NCBI GenBank assembly: GCA_963700285.1
Contig: CAVOXA010000010.1
Coordinates: 480,001-544,000 of the forward strand
Reading direction: 5' to 3'
From: an uncultured Chloroflexia bacterium
GTDB taxonomy: Bacteria; Chloroflexota; Anaerolineae; JAAYZQ01
Length of the DNA: 64,000 nucleotides
Part shown: positions 9,917 to 19,476 of the stretch, piece by piece
Numbering within the stretch: position 1 is the first letter of the stretch
How the letters are laid out: the number at the start of each line of letters is the position of its first letter
Notes under the pieces: generated by a model
What the model was told of the DNA's origin: nothing
Database searches by the model: none
Seen by the model: the letters and a program-made list of their open reading frames with translations, nothing else
Program-made: the position numbers and the translations under genes

Positions 9917-10944
9917 AAATCGCAATGCTTCACGGTCCCCGGGATCTGCGCATCGAGGAGCAGCAACTGGACACCGGCGACCTGAAACCGGATGTGGTCT
10001 GGGTTGAAACCCAGATCACGGCCTTCAAAATCGGGACGGACCGGGGCAACTATGAGGGCGCGGAACGGGTACCCGGCGCGCCCGACTACCCACGCTGGGT
10101 TGGAGACAGCAACCTGGGCATCGTGCGGAGCGTAGGCTCTGCCGTGACGCGCCTTGCGGTGGGCGACCGGGTCGTGACACGACAGCCCCACCAATCCGAG
10201 TTCCTCATCGCCCAGGACGCCGGCGTCGTCAAGGTGCCCGACGGTGTACACCCGGAGGACGCGGTCTATACCAATCTCTATGCCCTCAGCGCCCACTGCT
10301 ATCGCAAAGCCCTCTTTCAGCCTGGGGAAAACGTGGCCATCGTTGGGCTGGGAGTGCTCGGCCTGGGCGCCGTGGCCTTGGGTCCGCTCATTGGGGCGCG
10401 TGTGGTTGGGCTGGGCAGTAGCCCCATTCGGCTGGAGATGGCCGAGCGCATGGGAGTTCACGCGGCCTATCTGTCCGATGATCCTGACCTGGAGGCAAAA
10501 CTGGCCGAGTTCAGCGGCGGGCAGGGCATCGATCTGGTGATCCTCACGGCCAACCCCTGGCCCGCCTATCGCAGGGCCGTGGAGATTGTGCGGCCCGGCG
10601 GCCGGGTTTCCATCGTCAGCCTGCCGGGAAGAGGGGAAAACCCACTGGACTTCAATCCGCTGGCAATGGACTGGTTCTATCGTAAGGGTATCTCCCTGAT
10701 TGCCGTGTCTGGACCGGCCGGCTACCTGTACCCCCAGGCTTCCGGACAGGCTGCCACGGTGAAAAACCGGTTTTCCTCCGACCGGGCCAACGACTTCGTC
10801 CTGTCCCTGATGGCCGATGGGCGTCTGGAACCCAAGCGGCTGATCACACACCGCTTTCACTATTCCGAGATGGTCAAGGCCTACGAAATGGCTTATCACC
10901 GGGAAAAATCGATGATGGGGGTTATTTTCCAGTGGCAGAATTAG
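9913..10944 (+). CDS. MDR-family dehydrogenase lacking canonical catalytic Zn ligands
   Basis: GLGVLG Rossmann motif, LITHRF; KIGTD/GDS in place of GxCxxD/GHE; ATGA overlap with upstream gene. Confidence 0.82.
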   Translation: MKIAMLHGPRDLRIEEQQLDTGDLKPDVVWVETQITAFKIGTDRGNYEGAERVPGAPDYPRWVGDSNLGIVRSVGSAVTRLAVGDRVVTRQPHQSEFLIAQDAGVVKVPDGVHPEDAVYTNLYALSAHCYRKALFQPGENVAIVGLGVLGLGAVALGPLIGARVVGLGSSPIRLEMAERMGVHAAYLSDDPDLEAKLAEFSGGQGIDLVILTANPWPAYRRAVEIVRPGGRVSIVSLPGRGENPLDFNPLAMDWFYRKGISLIAVSGPAGYLYPQASGQAATVKNRFSSDRANDFVLSLMADGRLEPKRLITHRFHYSEMVKAYEMAYHREKSMMGVIFQWQN

Positions 10945-10986
10945 GACGTCTGGCTCACAACTTGAGCGAAACGGAGGGTTGCTGAG

Positions 10987-12036
10987 GTGAACTACCGTGC
11001 AGCCGTGATCGGCACGGGACAGCCCGGCCTGTACCAAATGCAGTCCTATGCCCGGAACCCGCGTACCGAGTTGGTTGCCGCTTGGGGGCGAAATGAGGCC
11101 CAGCTAGCCCGGGTACAGCAAGAATACGACCTGTCTCTGGCAACCATCGACCTGGAGGAAATTTTGGCACGCAAGGACGTGGACTGCGTCTCCATTTGCG
11201 CGCCCAATCAGCTCCACGCAGACTGGTCCGAGCGGGCGCTGCGGGCGGGCAAGCACGTTTTCTGCGAAGCACCCATGGTCCCACGCCGGCTCGACGCAGA
11301 AAAGATGATCCGGGCCGTAGAAGAAACCGGACTCGTTCTTATGGTAGGCCAGATCGATCGCTTTGAGCCGGCCTTCATCCACATCAAACGGATGGTGGAA
11401 GCTAGAGAATTGGGACGCCCATTCCTGGCCGAGTCCAGGTTCCTGGGACGCGGCTGGACCCGCCACAAGCCACTGGACTGGTGGGGCCGGGACGCGGCAA
11501 ACCCCCAGATCGCTCTGGTCAGCCTGGGCTGCTTTTCCATCAGCTTGCTGCGCTGGGTGATGGGACCCATCACCGAGGTATCGGCCTACGCGACCCGCCA
11601 GGGATGGCCCGGCCAGGCGCACGACGACACGGTGACCATGAATCTGCGTTTCGAGGGCGGTGCATTGGGTCGGGTACTGGTCAGCGAGGCAACCCAACAG
11701 CCCTACGCTCTGGACCTGACAGTCTATGGCGATGAGGGCACGATCGTCAACAACCAACTGGCCAGCAACCGCTGGCTGGACGTGGGCCGCGATGAGTTCC
11801 TGGAGCTGCCCATCCCGCTGATTGCCTGGGAGGAATATCCCGATCCAGCAATCCAGTCCCTGTTCGACGCCGAGATCGAGGCTTTTGTGGAGAGTATCGG
11901 CGCAGGCGCCCCTCCGCCGGTGGATGTCCACGAGGGAGCAGCTATCGCTGCAGCTCTCGATGCTGCGGCAGAGTCAATAGCCAAGGGCAAGCCGGTGAAC
12001 CTGTCAGACTGGTGGCCCTTGACTGCTCAACAATAG
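10987..12036 (+). CDS. Gfo/Idh/MocA oxidoreductase (atypical EAP motif)
   Basis: AVIGTG, DCVSICAPNQLHA, AGKHVFCEAPM, RFEPA. Confidence 0.85.
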   Translation: MNYRAAVIGTGQPGLYQMQSYARNPRTELVAAWGRNEAQLARVQQEYDLSLATIDLEEILARKDVDCVSICAPNQLHADWSERALRAGKHVFCEAPMVPRRLDAEKMIRAVEETGLVLMVGQIDRFEPAFIHIKRMVEARELGRPFLAESRFLGRGWTRHKPLDWWGRDAANPQIALVSLGCFSISLLRWVMGPITEVSAYATRQGWPGQAHDDTVTMNLRFEGGALGRVLVSEATQQPYALDLTVYGDEGTIVNNQLASNRWLDVGRDEFLELPIPLIAWEEYPDPAIQSLFDAEIEAFVESIGAGAPPPVDVHEGAAIAAALDAAAESIAKGKPVNLSDWWPLTAQQ

Positions 12037-12053
12037 CCAAAGAAGAGCAAGAC

Positions 12054-12082
12054 TTGACATGACGCCCTTCCCGTGGTAAGAT
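12054..12082 (+). promoter_or_regulatory. Sigma70-type promoter upstream of the DeoR gene
   Basis: TTGACA (12054-59), 17-bp spacer, TAAGAT (12077-82) with extended TG. Confidence 0.75.
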
Positions 12083-12223
12083 AGGATGGCGTCAATTCCG
12101 TTGTGTTCCGCTTTTCGTGGCCAAATCTGCTCACTTATGTTAGTTGTTGCGTACCCATTGACCCTTGCTTTGACCTGGCGCACGCTGTGGCCCAGGTCAA
12201 GCATACGCCTCTCAACCAGGTAG

Positions 12224-13048
12224 GTGAACATAGTGATTGCCGCTGAAAGACTCGAACGTATCGCAGAGACAGTTCGTAAGAATGGGGCAGTTTCCATCAC
12301 CGATCTTAGTGCGCGCCTCGGTGTGTCTGAGGCAACCATCCGCCGCGACTTGACCAAGTTGGAGCGACAGGGCCTGTTGAAACGCACGTATGGAGGTGCG
12401 GTTGCCCGGCGTGTCTCTTCTCTCGACGCTCCGTTCGACATCCGGGAGCAACATCACGTCGCCGAAAAGCGGTCTATCGCCTTGGCTGCCGCCGCTCTGG
12501 TCTCCAGCGGAGAAACGATCGTCCTCGACGCCGGGACCACTATCGCCCACCTGGCCCACGCCCTGAGAGACCGTTTTGACCTGACCGTGATCACCAACTC
12601 GGAGCGGGTCATGAACGAACTCTACGATTGCAGTGGGGTAACGGTCGTGGTCACGGGAGGAGAACTCCGCCCTCTCAGCGGGTTGCCTTCAAGGGGTGAC
12701 ATCTGTATGGTGGGCCCCATCGCCGAGGAGGTCCTGCGCCGCTTCCGTCCCTCCAAAGTTTTCCTGGGTACCGCAGGCATCACCGTGCGCGAAGGCATGT
12801 CGAACACGAACCTACCTCAGTCTCAGATCAAGCGTATCATGGCCCAGGTCTCTGAAGAGGTGATCCTGCTGACCGACCACACCAAGTTTGGGCACGTCTC
12901 CTACTCTATCGTTTCGCCCGTGGATGTGTTGGACAAGGTCATCACTGACTGCGGCATCAGCTCCGAGGACAAAGCGGCCTTGGAAGAACGGGGAATAGAA
13001 GTCGTCGTGGTAGAGCCATTCCCGAACAGCTTTTCTTCGATAGCCTGA
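12224..13048 (+). CDS. DeoR/GlpR transcriptional regulator
   Basis: HTH VSEATIRRDL, RTYGGA, LDAGTT, VITNS, DHTKFG. Confidence 0.95.
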   Translation: MNIVIAAERLERIAETVRKNGAVSITDLSARLGVSEATIRRDLTKLERQGLLKRTYGGAVARRVSSLDAPFDIREQHHVAEKRSIALAAAALVSSGETIVLDAGTTIAHLAHALRDRFDLTVITNSERVMNELYDCSGVTVVVTGGELRPLSGLPSRGDICMVGPIAEEVLRRFRPSKVFLGTAGITVREGMSNTNLPQSQIKRIMAQVSEEVILLTDHTKFGHVSYSIVSPVDVLDKVITDCGISSEDKAALEERGIEVVVVEPFPNSFSSIA

Positions 13049-13121
13049 CGATAGCACGGCCACGCCCTGGATGTTGAGGGCTTGCCGGCTCCAGTTTTTT
13101 GTGGTCGAGGGACCACCAAGC

Positions 13122-14594
13122 ATGGACACGCTGCTGGGTATAGATCTGGGGACCACCGGTATCAAAGCAGCCATCTGCACACCTGATGGCCATCTGTTGG
13201 GCGACAGCTATCTGGAGTACCCGCTCATCAGGCCGGAGCCCGGCGTTGTGGAACAGGATGCTGACCTGTGGTGGGCGCTGGCCCAAGATGCGATCCGCCA
13301 GGCCATACTTGACGCCCAGGTACAGGGACGTACCGTCCGGGCCCTCAGCGTCAGCTCCCAGGGCATCTCATTCGTACCTGTGGACAAGGCGGGCCAGACC
13401 CTCAGCCTGTCCATCAACTGGTTGGACTCGCGGGCCACAGCCGAGGCAGCAGCCATCCGCCAGCGCTACTCGGACGCCGATCTATTCAACCTCACCGGCA
13501 AGCGCGCCAGCCCGTCCTACGTCCTGCCCAAGCTCCTTTGGCTTTGTAACCACGATCCTCAGACCTACCGCCGCACGCACAAGTTCCTCATGGGGCATGA
13601 TTTCCTGGTCTTCAAACTGACCGGAGAGTATGTGACCGACCACTCTATGGCAGGCGGCACACTGCTTTACGATATCGCTGAGATGGCCTGGAGCAGGGAA
13701 CTGGCCGAGGCGTTCCAGATCGATATCAGGCAACTGCCCGTCGTTGCATGGTCAGGTACCCCGGTGGGCACACTCAAGCCTGGTGTTGCCCAGGAGTTAG
13801 GCCTCAGCAAAGAGACAGTCGTGGCCGTAGGTGGGCAGGATCAGAAATGCGCTGCCTTGGGTGCCAACATCCGGCCTGGTGTGGCGACGGTCTCATTGGG
13901 CACGGCCTCTGCTATCTCTTGCCTCACCGACCGGCCGCTGCTTGACCCTGGACGACGCATTCCGACCTTTCCCTTCGTGGTGCGCGGCTATTGGGACCTG
14001 GAAGGCGTGGTGAGCACGGCCGGTGGTGCGTTCCGCTGGCTGAAAGAGACCTTGTTCCCAGAGGCCAGCTATGACACGCTGGCCGGCATGGCGTCCCAAT
14101 CGCTCCCGGGGGCGAATGGCGTTTGCTTCTATCCCCACCTCTCGGGGGCAGGCTCTCCCCACTGGCAAGCCGACACGTGGGGTACTTTTGGTGGGCTGAG
14201 CCTGGCCGTCACTGCCAAAGACATCGTCCGTAGCGTACTGGAAGGGGTTGCCTTCCAGATCCGGGAGAACCTGGAGATCATGGAAGGCATTGACATCCCT
14301 GTTGAAGAGCTGATCCTCTTTGGCGGGGGCGCTCAGAGCGCATTCTGGTCACAGATGATCAGCGACATTGCAGGCAAGCCCGTGTCCGCCACCGGGATGG
14401 TGGACGTGGCCAACTGGGGGGCCTGTATCCTGGCTGGCGCAGCCGCCGGCATCCTTGACGGCGACATTTTGACGCAACCGGAAGCCGGTGACATGCTTGG
14501 ACGCTGGTCGCCCCGGCCCGATTCGGTCGCCCGCTATGACGAGGTCTACCAGCACTACCGGCTCTTTGAAGAGCGGCTGTTCAACAAGAACTGA
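13122..14594 (+). CDS. FGGY carbohydrate kinase (xylulokinase-like)
   Basis: GIDLGTTGIKA, WLDSRA, PKLLWL, GGQDQ, SLGTA, GGGAQS. Confidence 0.93.
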   Translation: MDTLLGIDLGTTGIKAAICTPDGHLLGDSYLEYPLIRPEPGVVEQDADLWWALAQDAIRQAILDAQVQGRTVRALSVSSQGISFVPVDKAGQTLSLSINWLDSRATAEAAAIRQRYSDADLFNLTGKRASPSYVLPKLLWLCNHDPQTYRRTHKFLMGHDFLVFKLTGEYVTDHSMAGGTLLYDIAEMAWSRELAEAFQIDIRQLPVVAWSGTPVGTLKPGVAQELGLSKETVVAVGGQDQKCAALGANIRPGVATVSLGTASAISCLTDRPLLDPGRRIPTFPFVVRGYWDLEGVVSTAGGAFRWLKETLFPEASYDTLAGMASQSLPGANGVCFYPHLSGAGSPHWQADTWGTFGGLSLAVTAKDIVRSVLEGVAFQIRENLEIMEGIDIPVEELILFGGGAQSAFWSQMISDIAGKPVSATGMVDVANWGACILAGAAAGILDGDILTQPEAGDMLGRWSPRPDSVARYDEVYQHYRLFEERLFNKN

Positions 14595-14606
14595 GGGTAA
14601 GTTGCG

Positions 14607-15155
14607 ATGCTTGGCGTACAGGACTATATCGGCTACTATGATTGGACCTTTGAATACTTGAACCAGACCTATGGCGAACAGTCCGTATGGGCTTATTGGG
14701 CCAAGCCCAATCCCCATCTCATGCGGCTGTTCCGCGACCGCGGTTTGGACGGGATGTACGAATATTGGCACCACACCCTCGAGATGGAGGAAGCGGGCTA
14801 TACCCTGGAGCAGACCGAGCAATATTTCCGGATCGACATGTTTGACTGCCCATCCAAGGGATATCTGATAAAGCGCGGGCTGGAAGCCTACCACGACTAT
14901 TGCGAGCACTGCATGGGCTGGATCGGTCCGCTGCTGGACGCGACCGGCTTTGTCGTCGATCACGAGCACAACCACCTGGGCCAATGCTATTGGGAGATGC
15001 ACAAGGCTGATGAGCAAGTCGTAAGCTGGGACCAACTGGAGCCACCGCCGAACCGCGGTCCCCACGATGTGCGCAACCTGGAGAACTGGGAGCAGAAAGA
15101 GCATCATCGTTACGTGAATAGCCAGTTGGCTGGAGGACAGGCGCCTGATGGATGA
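14607..15155 (+). CDS. Hypothetical Cys-motif protein (putative V4R/H-NOX/ATC-hydrolase-like fold), paralog A
   Basis: DCPSK...YCEHCMGW...HEHNHLGQC; clear paralog of 16669-17205; the CDS is solid, the fold is inference. Confidence 0.75.
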   Translation: MLGVQDYIGYYDWTFEYLNQTYGEQSVWAYWAKPNPHLMRLFRDRGLDGMYEYWHHTLEMEEAGYTLEQTEQYFRIDMFDCPSKGYLIKRGLEAYHDYCEHCMGWIGPLLDATGFVVDHEHNHLGQCYWEMHKADEQVVSWDQLEPPPNRGPHDVRNLENWEQKEHHRYVNSQLAGGQAPDG

Positions 15156-16233
15156 CCGCGAGCGCTTTCTGGCTCTTATGCACTACCAGGATTTTGACCA
15201 CATGCCCATTGTACACTGGGACGTGTGGCCCGAGACCCGCGAGCGCTGGATCACTGAAGGGTTGCCCGAGGACGCCGATGTGTTCGAGTACCTGGGCGCC
15301 GTGCCGCGCTGGAACTTTGTCGGGGGCAGGATCCTGGATCCCTATCCCCCTTTTGAAGAGGTGGTCTACGAGGAGACCGAGTCTTACCGCGTCTGCCTTG
15401 GCCCCGATGGAGTCATCCAGAAGGAGTGGAAGGACCGCACCGGCATCCCCCAGTTCATCGACTTTGCCTTAAAGACAGCCAGCGACTGGCCAGCGTTCAA
15501 GGAACGGTTCCTGCCGAATCCAGATCGAATCCCCAGCAGCCTGGACGCCGAAATAGCCAGGGCCGAGCAAGGCAGCGCGCCCATTGCCATTACCTTGGCC
15601 TCGATGATGGGCTGGATCCGTAATTGGATGGGCGTAGAAAACATGGCCTACCTAATTCACGACGATCCCGACGTCTATGCCGACATGGTGGACACGCTGG
15701 CCGAACTCACTTGTTGGAGCATCGATCAGGTTCTGCCCCGATTAAAGACCGGGGCAGCCCTGGGTGTCGGCTGGGAGGACATCTGCTTCAGGAGCGGGCC
15801 GCTCATCAATCCCAGATTCTTTGAGCGCTACGTTGCGGCCGGCTATGAAAAGATGGGCAGAAAGCTCGGCACCTACGGCGTCGACCTCATGGCCATCGAT
15901 TGCGACGGGTTGATCGAACCGCTCCTGGACCCCTGGCTCGAGGCCGGCGTGAACGTACACTACCCGGTTGAGATCGGCGTCTGGAAGGCCGATCCCATCG
16001 CGCTCCGGAATAAGTTTGGCAGGAGACTACGCATGGTGGGCGGGTTTAACAAGATGACCCTGGAGCAGGGCCCGGCGGCCATCGACGCCGAGATCGAACG
16101 CCGGATTCCCCTGGTACGGGATGGGGGATATATCATCATGCCCGATCACCACATCACGCCGGGCGTTTCCCTGGAGAACTACCAGTACTATCTAGGCCGC
16201 TTGCACGAGCTGTCGCAAGAAGGCCTGCTGTAG
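15148..16233 (+). CDS. Uroporphyrinogen decarboxylase/MtaA-fold protein 1
   Basis: N-terminal RERF, MGVEN, WEDIC..GPLI, DCDG, GGYIIMPDH; no HemE RQAGR. Confidence 0.85.
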   Translation: MDDRERFLALMHYQDFDHMPIVHWDVWPETRERWITEGLPEDADVFEYLGAVPRWNFVGGRILDPYPPFEEVVYEETESYRVCLGPDGVIQKEWKDRTGIPQFIDFALKTASDWPAFKERFLPNPDRIPSSLDAEIARAEQGSAPIAITLASMMGWIRNWMGVENMAYLIHDDPDVYADMVDTLAELTCWSIDQVLPRLKTGAALGVGWEDICFRSGPLINPRFFERYVAAGYEKMGRKLGTYGVDLMAIDCDGLIEPLLDPWLEAGVNVHYPVEIGVWKADPIALRNKFGRRLRMVGGFNKMTLEQGPAAIDAEIERRIPLVRDGGYIIMPDHHITPGVSLENYQYYLGRLHELSQEGLL

Positions 16234-16246
16234 GAGGCAAAGATCC

Positions 16247-16666
16247 ATGTCTGCAGGTGATTTCTATTATGGCATCAACGCCACCTTCCGATTCATCCAC
16301 GATACCTGGGGCAAAGAGGCCCTGGTGGATTACTGGACCTCCATGGCGCAGGAGTACCACGCCGAGGTGTCCGGCCGCTTTCGCGCCGGAGGACTGGACG
16401 AGGTAGAGCGCTACTGGAGCGACTATTTTGCCAAGGAGCCTGGAGGGAAAGTTGCAGTGCGGCAGGCCAACGGCCTGGTCGAAATCCAGGTTGACGACTG
16501 CCCCGCCATCCGCTGGCTGAAGAACGGGGAACGCGAGATCGTGCCCTACTATTGCGAGCACTGCCACTATGTTTCCACCGCCATCGCCAAAGATGCTGGT
16601 ATGACCTTCAAACTGGAGGGCGGGAATGGGACCTGCCGCCAATTCTTTGGCCTGAAGGAGGCATAA
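16247..16666 (+). CDS. Hypothetical Cys-motif protein, divergent paralog B
   Basis: WGKEALVDYW, DCPAI...YYCEHC...GTC; AGGAGG RBS. Confidence 0.75.
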   Translation: MSAGDFYYGINATFRFIHDTWGKEALVDYWTSMAQEYHAEVSGRFRAGGLDEVERYWSDYFAKEPGGKVAVRQANGLVEIQVDDCPAIRWLKNGEREIVPYYCEHCHYVSTAIAKDAGMTFKLEGGNGTCRQFFGLKEA

Positions 16667-16668
16667 CC

Positions 16669-17205
16669 ATGCTAGGAGTCCAGGATTTCATCGGCTACTA
16701 TGACTGGACCTTTGAGTACCTGCGCCGCAACTATGGCGAGCAGGCGGTACGTGACTACTGGGGCAAGGCCATCGCCTTCGATTCCCAGCGACATGCGCGC
16801 CAGCTCTTTTTGGACAAAGGGTTCGACGGTATGTACGAGTACTGGGCCCACACCCTGGAGATGGAAGAGGCTGGCTATACCTTTGACCGAGGCCAGGACT
16901 ATTTCCGCACGGACATGTTTGACTGCCCCTCCAAGGGGCACCTGATCCAGCGTGGCCTGGAGGCCTACCACGACTACTGTGAACACTGCATGGGCTGGAT
17001 CAAGCCCCTGATGGAAGAGGCCGGGTTCGTCGTCAATCACGAACACAACCACGCGGGGCAGTGCTGGTGGGAAATGCGCAGGGCGGATGACCGCAGCGTC
17101 AAACCCCCACCGGTAGAAAACCCCAACGACGTGCGCAGGTTGGAGAACTGGCGGCAGGAAAGCCACCACCTGCACCTGAACAGCGAGCCTGTGGACGAGG
17201 CATAG
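16669..17205 (+). CDS. Hypothetical Cys-motif protein, paralog C
   Basis: MLGVQDFIGYYDWTFEYL, DCPSK, YCEHCMGW, GQC; AAGGAGG before ATG 16669. Confidence 0.78.
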   Translation: MLGVQDFIGYYDWTFEYLRRNYGEQAVRDYWGKAIAFDSQRHARQLFLDKGFDGMYEYWAHTLEMEEAGYTFDRGQDYFRTDMFDCPSKGHLIQRGLEAYHDYCEHCMGWIKPLMEEAGFVVNHEHNHAGQCWWEMRRADDRSVKPPPVENPNDVRRLENWRQESHHLHLNSEPVDEA

Positions 17206-17455
17206 CTGTACCGCCCCGTGCCAGGCGGACCAGCCGTTCCGGCTGGCCTTCGCCCAGCTTGGACCTGGCACACGAGCGTGATACCGGAAAGGAGGTGATA
17301 AAGCAGCCCGGAGCACCGTAGACGCCGAGGACTGGCCCTGAAGGGCAACCCTACAAGTGCCCGCGAGGCTGTCCCGTGCCGTGGGCTAGCGTACCCACTT
17401 CCGGTTGAGACAGTTCAAACCATCTACAAGCTTTTCAAAAAAGGGAGGAAAAAAA

Positions 17456-19265
17456 GTGAAAAAGTCTCTATCGTTCCTGTTGGTACTCATCATGGTGCTG
17501 GCCGTGATCGCGGCCTGCGCACCCGCCGAGCCCGAGGTCGTCGTAGAGACCGTGGTGGTCGAGAAGGAGGTCGAGAAAGTCGTCACCGAGGTCGTCGAGG
17601 TCGAGAAAGAAGTTGTCAAAGAGGTCGAAAAAGTCGTCACCCAGGTCGTTGAGGTCGAGAAGGAAGTCGAAAAGATCGTCACCCAAGAGGTCGAGAAAGA
17701 GGTCGTGGTCACGCCTACACCCAGGCCAGCAGCCCGTGGTGGGCTAATGACCGCCGGTTTTGACGTCGGACCGGGTGGATTTCCCCGAGCGCTTTGACGC
17801 CTGGAACTCTACGGCAGGCTACTATTTCACCGAGATGTACCTGTCCAAGCTGGTCCACTACTGCGACGTCACCCTGACCGAGATCTGCGGCGACCTGGCC
17901 GAGAGCTGGGAGATCTCCGACGATGGCCTGGAGATGACTTTCAAGCTGCGCGAGGGGGTAACCTGGCACGACGGTGAGCCCTTTACCGCAGACGACGTCA
18001 AGTTCACGCTGGACATGATAGCCACACCGGCTGTCGCTTCCCGCTATAGAACCACGCTGAACACGGTGGTCGGCCACAAGGACCTCGAGGACGGCAATGC
18101 CACCGAGCTGGCCGGCGTCGAGGTGGTAGATGACTACACGATCAAGATCACCCACAGCTCACCTAATGCTGCCTTCCTTGATACCCTGTCCTTCCTCTTC
18201 ATCATGCCCCGGCACGCCATGCAGGAGATCCCGGTCGAGGAGGTAGCCAACAACCCCTGGTGGCAGACCAGTCCCGTGGGGACAGGCCCCTTCAAGTGGG
18301 TCAAGTACGAGACCGGCCAGTACGTGGAGCTGGAGCGTTTTGAGGACTATTGGCGGGGCGCGCCGCTGCTGGACCGCCTGGTCAACCGCTACTTCCCCGA
18401 GCCGGGGACAGCCGTCCTGGCCCTGGAAGCTGGCGAGATCGACTTTACCTACGTCACGGCCGACGAGATGTTCCGCCTCAAGGAGAACCCGGCCATTGAG
18501 ATCATCCCCGGACCCTCGTGGGTGCTGCTGTCCATCACCCTCAACAAGAGCCTGCCCACCTTTGCCGACCCGCGCGTGCGCCAGGCATTCATGTACGCCA
18601 TCGACCGCCAAACCATTGTCGACACGCTGTGGCAGGGTACGGCCGAGGTCGTCAACTGCAACTACCGCCTGGACCAGTATGTGCCGGACGACATCAACCC
18701 CTACGAGTACGATCCGGAGAAGGCCAAGGCGCTGCTGGACGAGGCCGGTTTTGACTACAGCCAGGAGTTTGAGCTGCTGACCTACTACAACGACCAGCTC
18801 TCCATGGACATTCTGGCCGCCATCCAGCAGTACATGGCCGACGTGGGCGTCAAGATCACGCCGCGACCGGTGGACGTACCCACCTTTGTGGCCGAGTACT
18901 ATACCGAGGATCCCAAGTGGACGATGTGGTACGGCGGCTCGGGCAACGGCCCCGACCCGGACGTACACTATAACTCCTACCATAGCGCAGCGGCCTGGCC
19001 GGCGGGCAGCAACGCCCACTTTTACAGCAATCCCGAGGTGGACGCTGCCTTTGACGCGGGCCGCGCCGAGATGGATCCGGCAGAGCGCGTCAAGGACTAC
19101 CAAGAGGTATGCCGCCTGCTGAACGCGGACGCGGCCAGCGCCTACATGTTCGAGAGCGTACGCTACGGTGCAACTACGGGGCACATCGGCAACTTTGTCT
19201 ACACCCCATCGCCCGGCAGTGGCCGCTTCTACAACGCTGCCGAGACCTGGTACGTGGAGCGGTAG
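17456..19265 (+). CDS. Peptide/nickel-type (family 5) ABC substrate-binding lipoprotein, frameshift near 17785
   Basis: Lipobox VIAAC, VEKEV linker, then DLAESWE, LREGVTWHDGEPFTADDVKFT, GTGPFK; removing one C from a CCCC run joins the two ORFs. Confidence 0.88.
17534..17710 (+). repeat. Coding tandem repeat encoding a V/E/K-rich linker
   Basis: Recurrent gaggtcgagaa units; EVVVETVVVEKEVEKVVTEVVEVEKEV... Confidence 0.85.
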
Positions 19266-19272
19266 TCTCCAG

Positions 19273-19456
19273 TCCTCCCGCAGGTTGTCCATGACTGAGC
19301 CCTGCTCTATTGGGTATCGAAACAGATGGATAGCCTGTACCACAAGGGCAAACCTGCGGGAGGATGAGTGTTTGAACCTATCAGGCGCCTTCGCCAGGCG
19401 AGGGCGCCTGACAAGCTTTCGAGCGACCTTTCGATATCCAGAGAAGAAAGCTTGTC
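19273..19456 (+). promoter_or_regulatory. Three intercistronic stem-loops between the binding-protein and permease genes
   Basis: 14-bp perfect IR 19273-86/19351-64; hairpin 19381-19411; gacaagctttc/gaaagcttgtc 19410-20/19446-56. Confidence 0.65.
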
Positions 19457-19476
19457 GACTCTGGCTGGAGGAATGC

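Noticed and set aside
15148-16233. Tetrapyrrole biosynthesis (hemE)
   Set aside because: The HemE RQAGR motif is absent in all six copies, and there are no other hem genes.
17534-17710. Possible CRISPR or non-coding repeat array
   Set aside because: The repeats are in-frame coding units with no unique spacers, and no cas genes are present.
17760-17797. Programmed frameshift or phase variation in the binding-protein gene (also 7879, 27328, 51312)
   Set aside because: Short homopolymer-type indels with no slippery heptamer; the window has many similar errors, so sequencing artefact is the simplest explanation.
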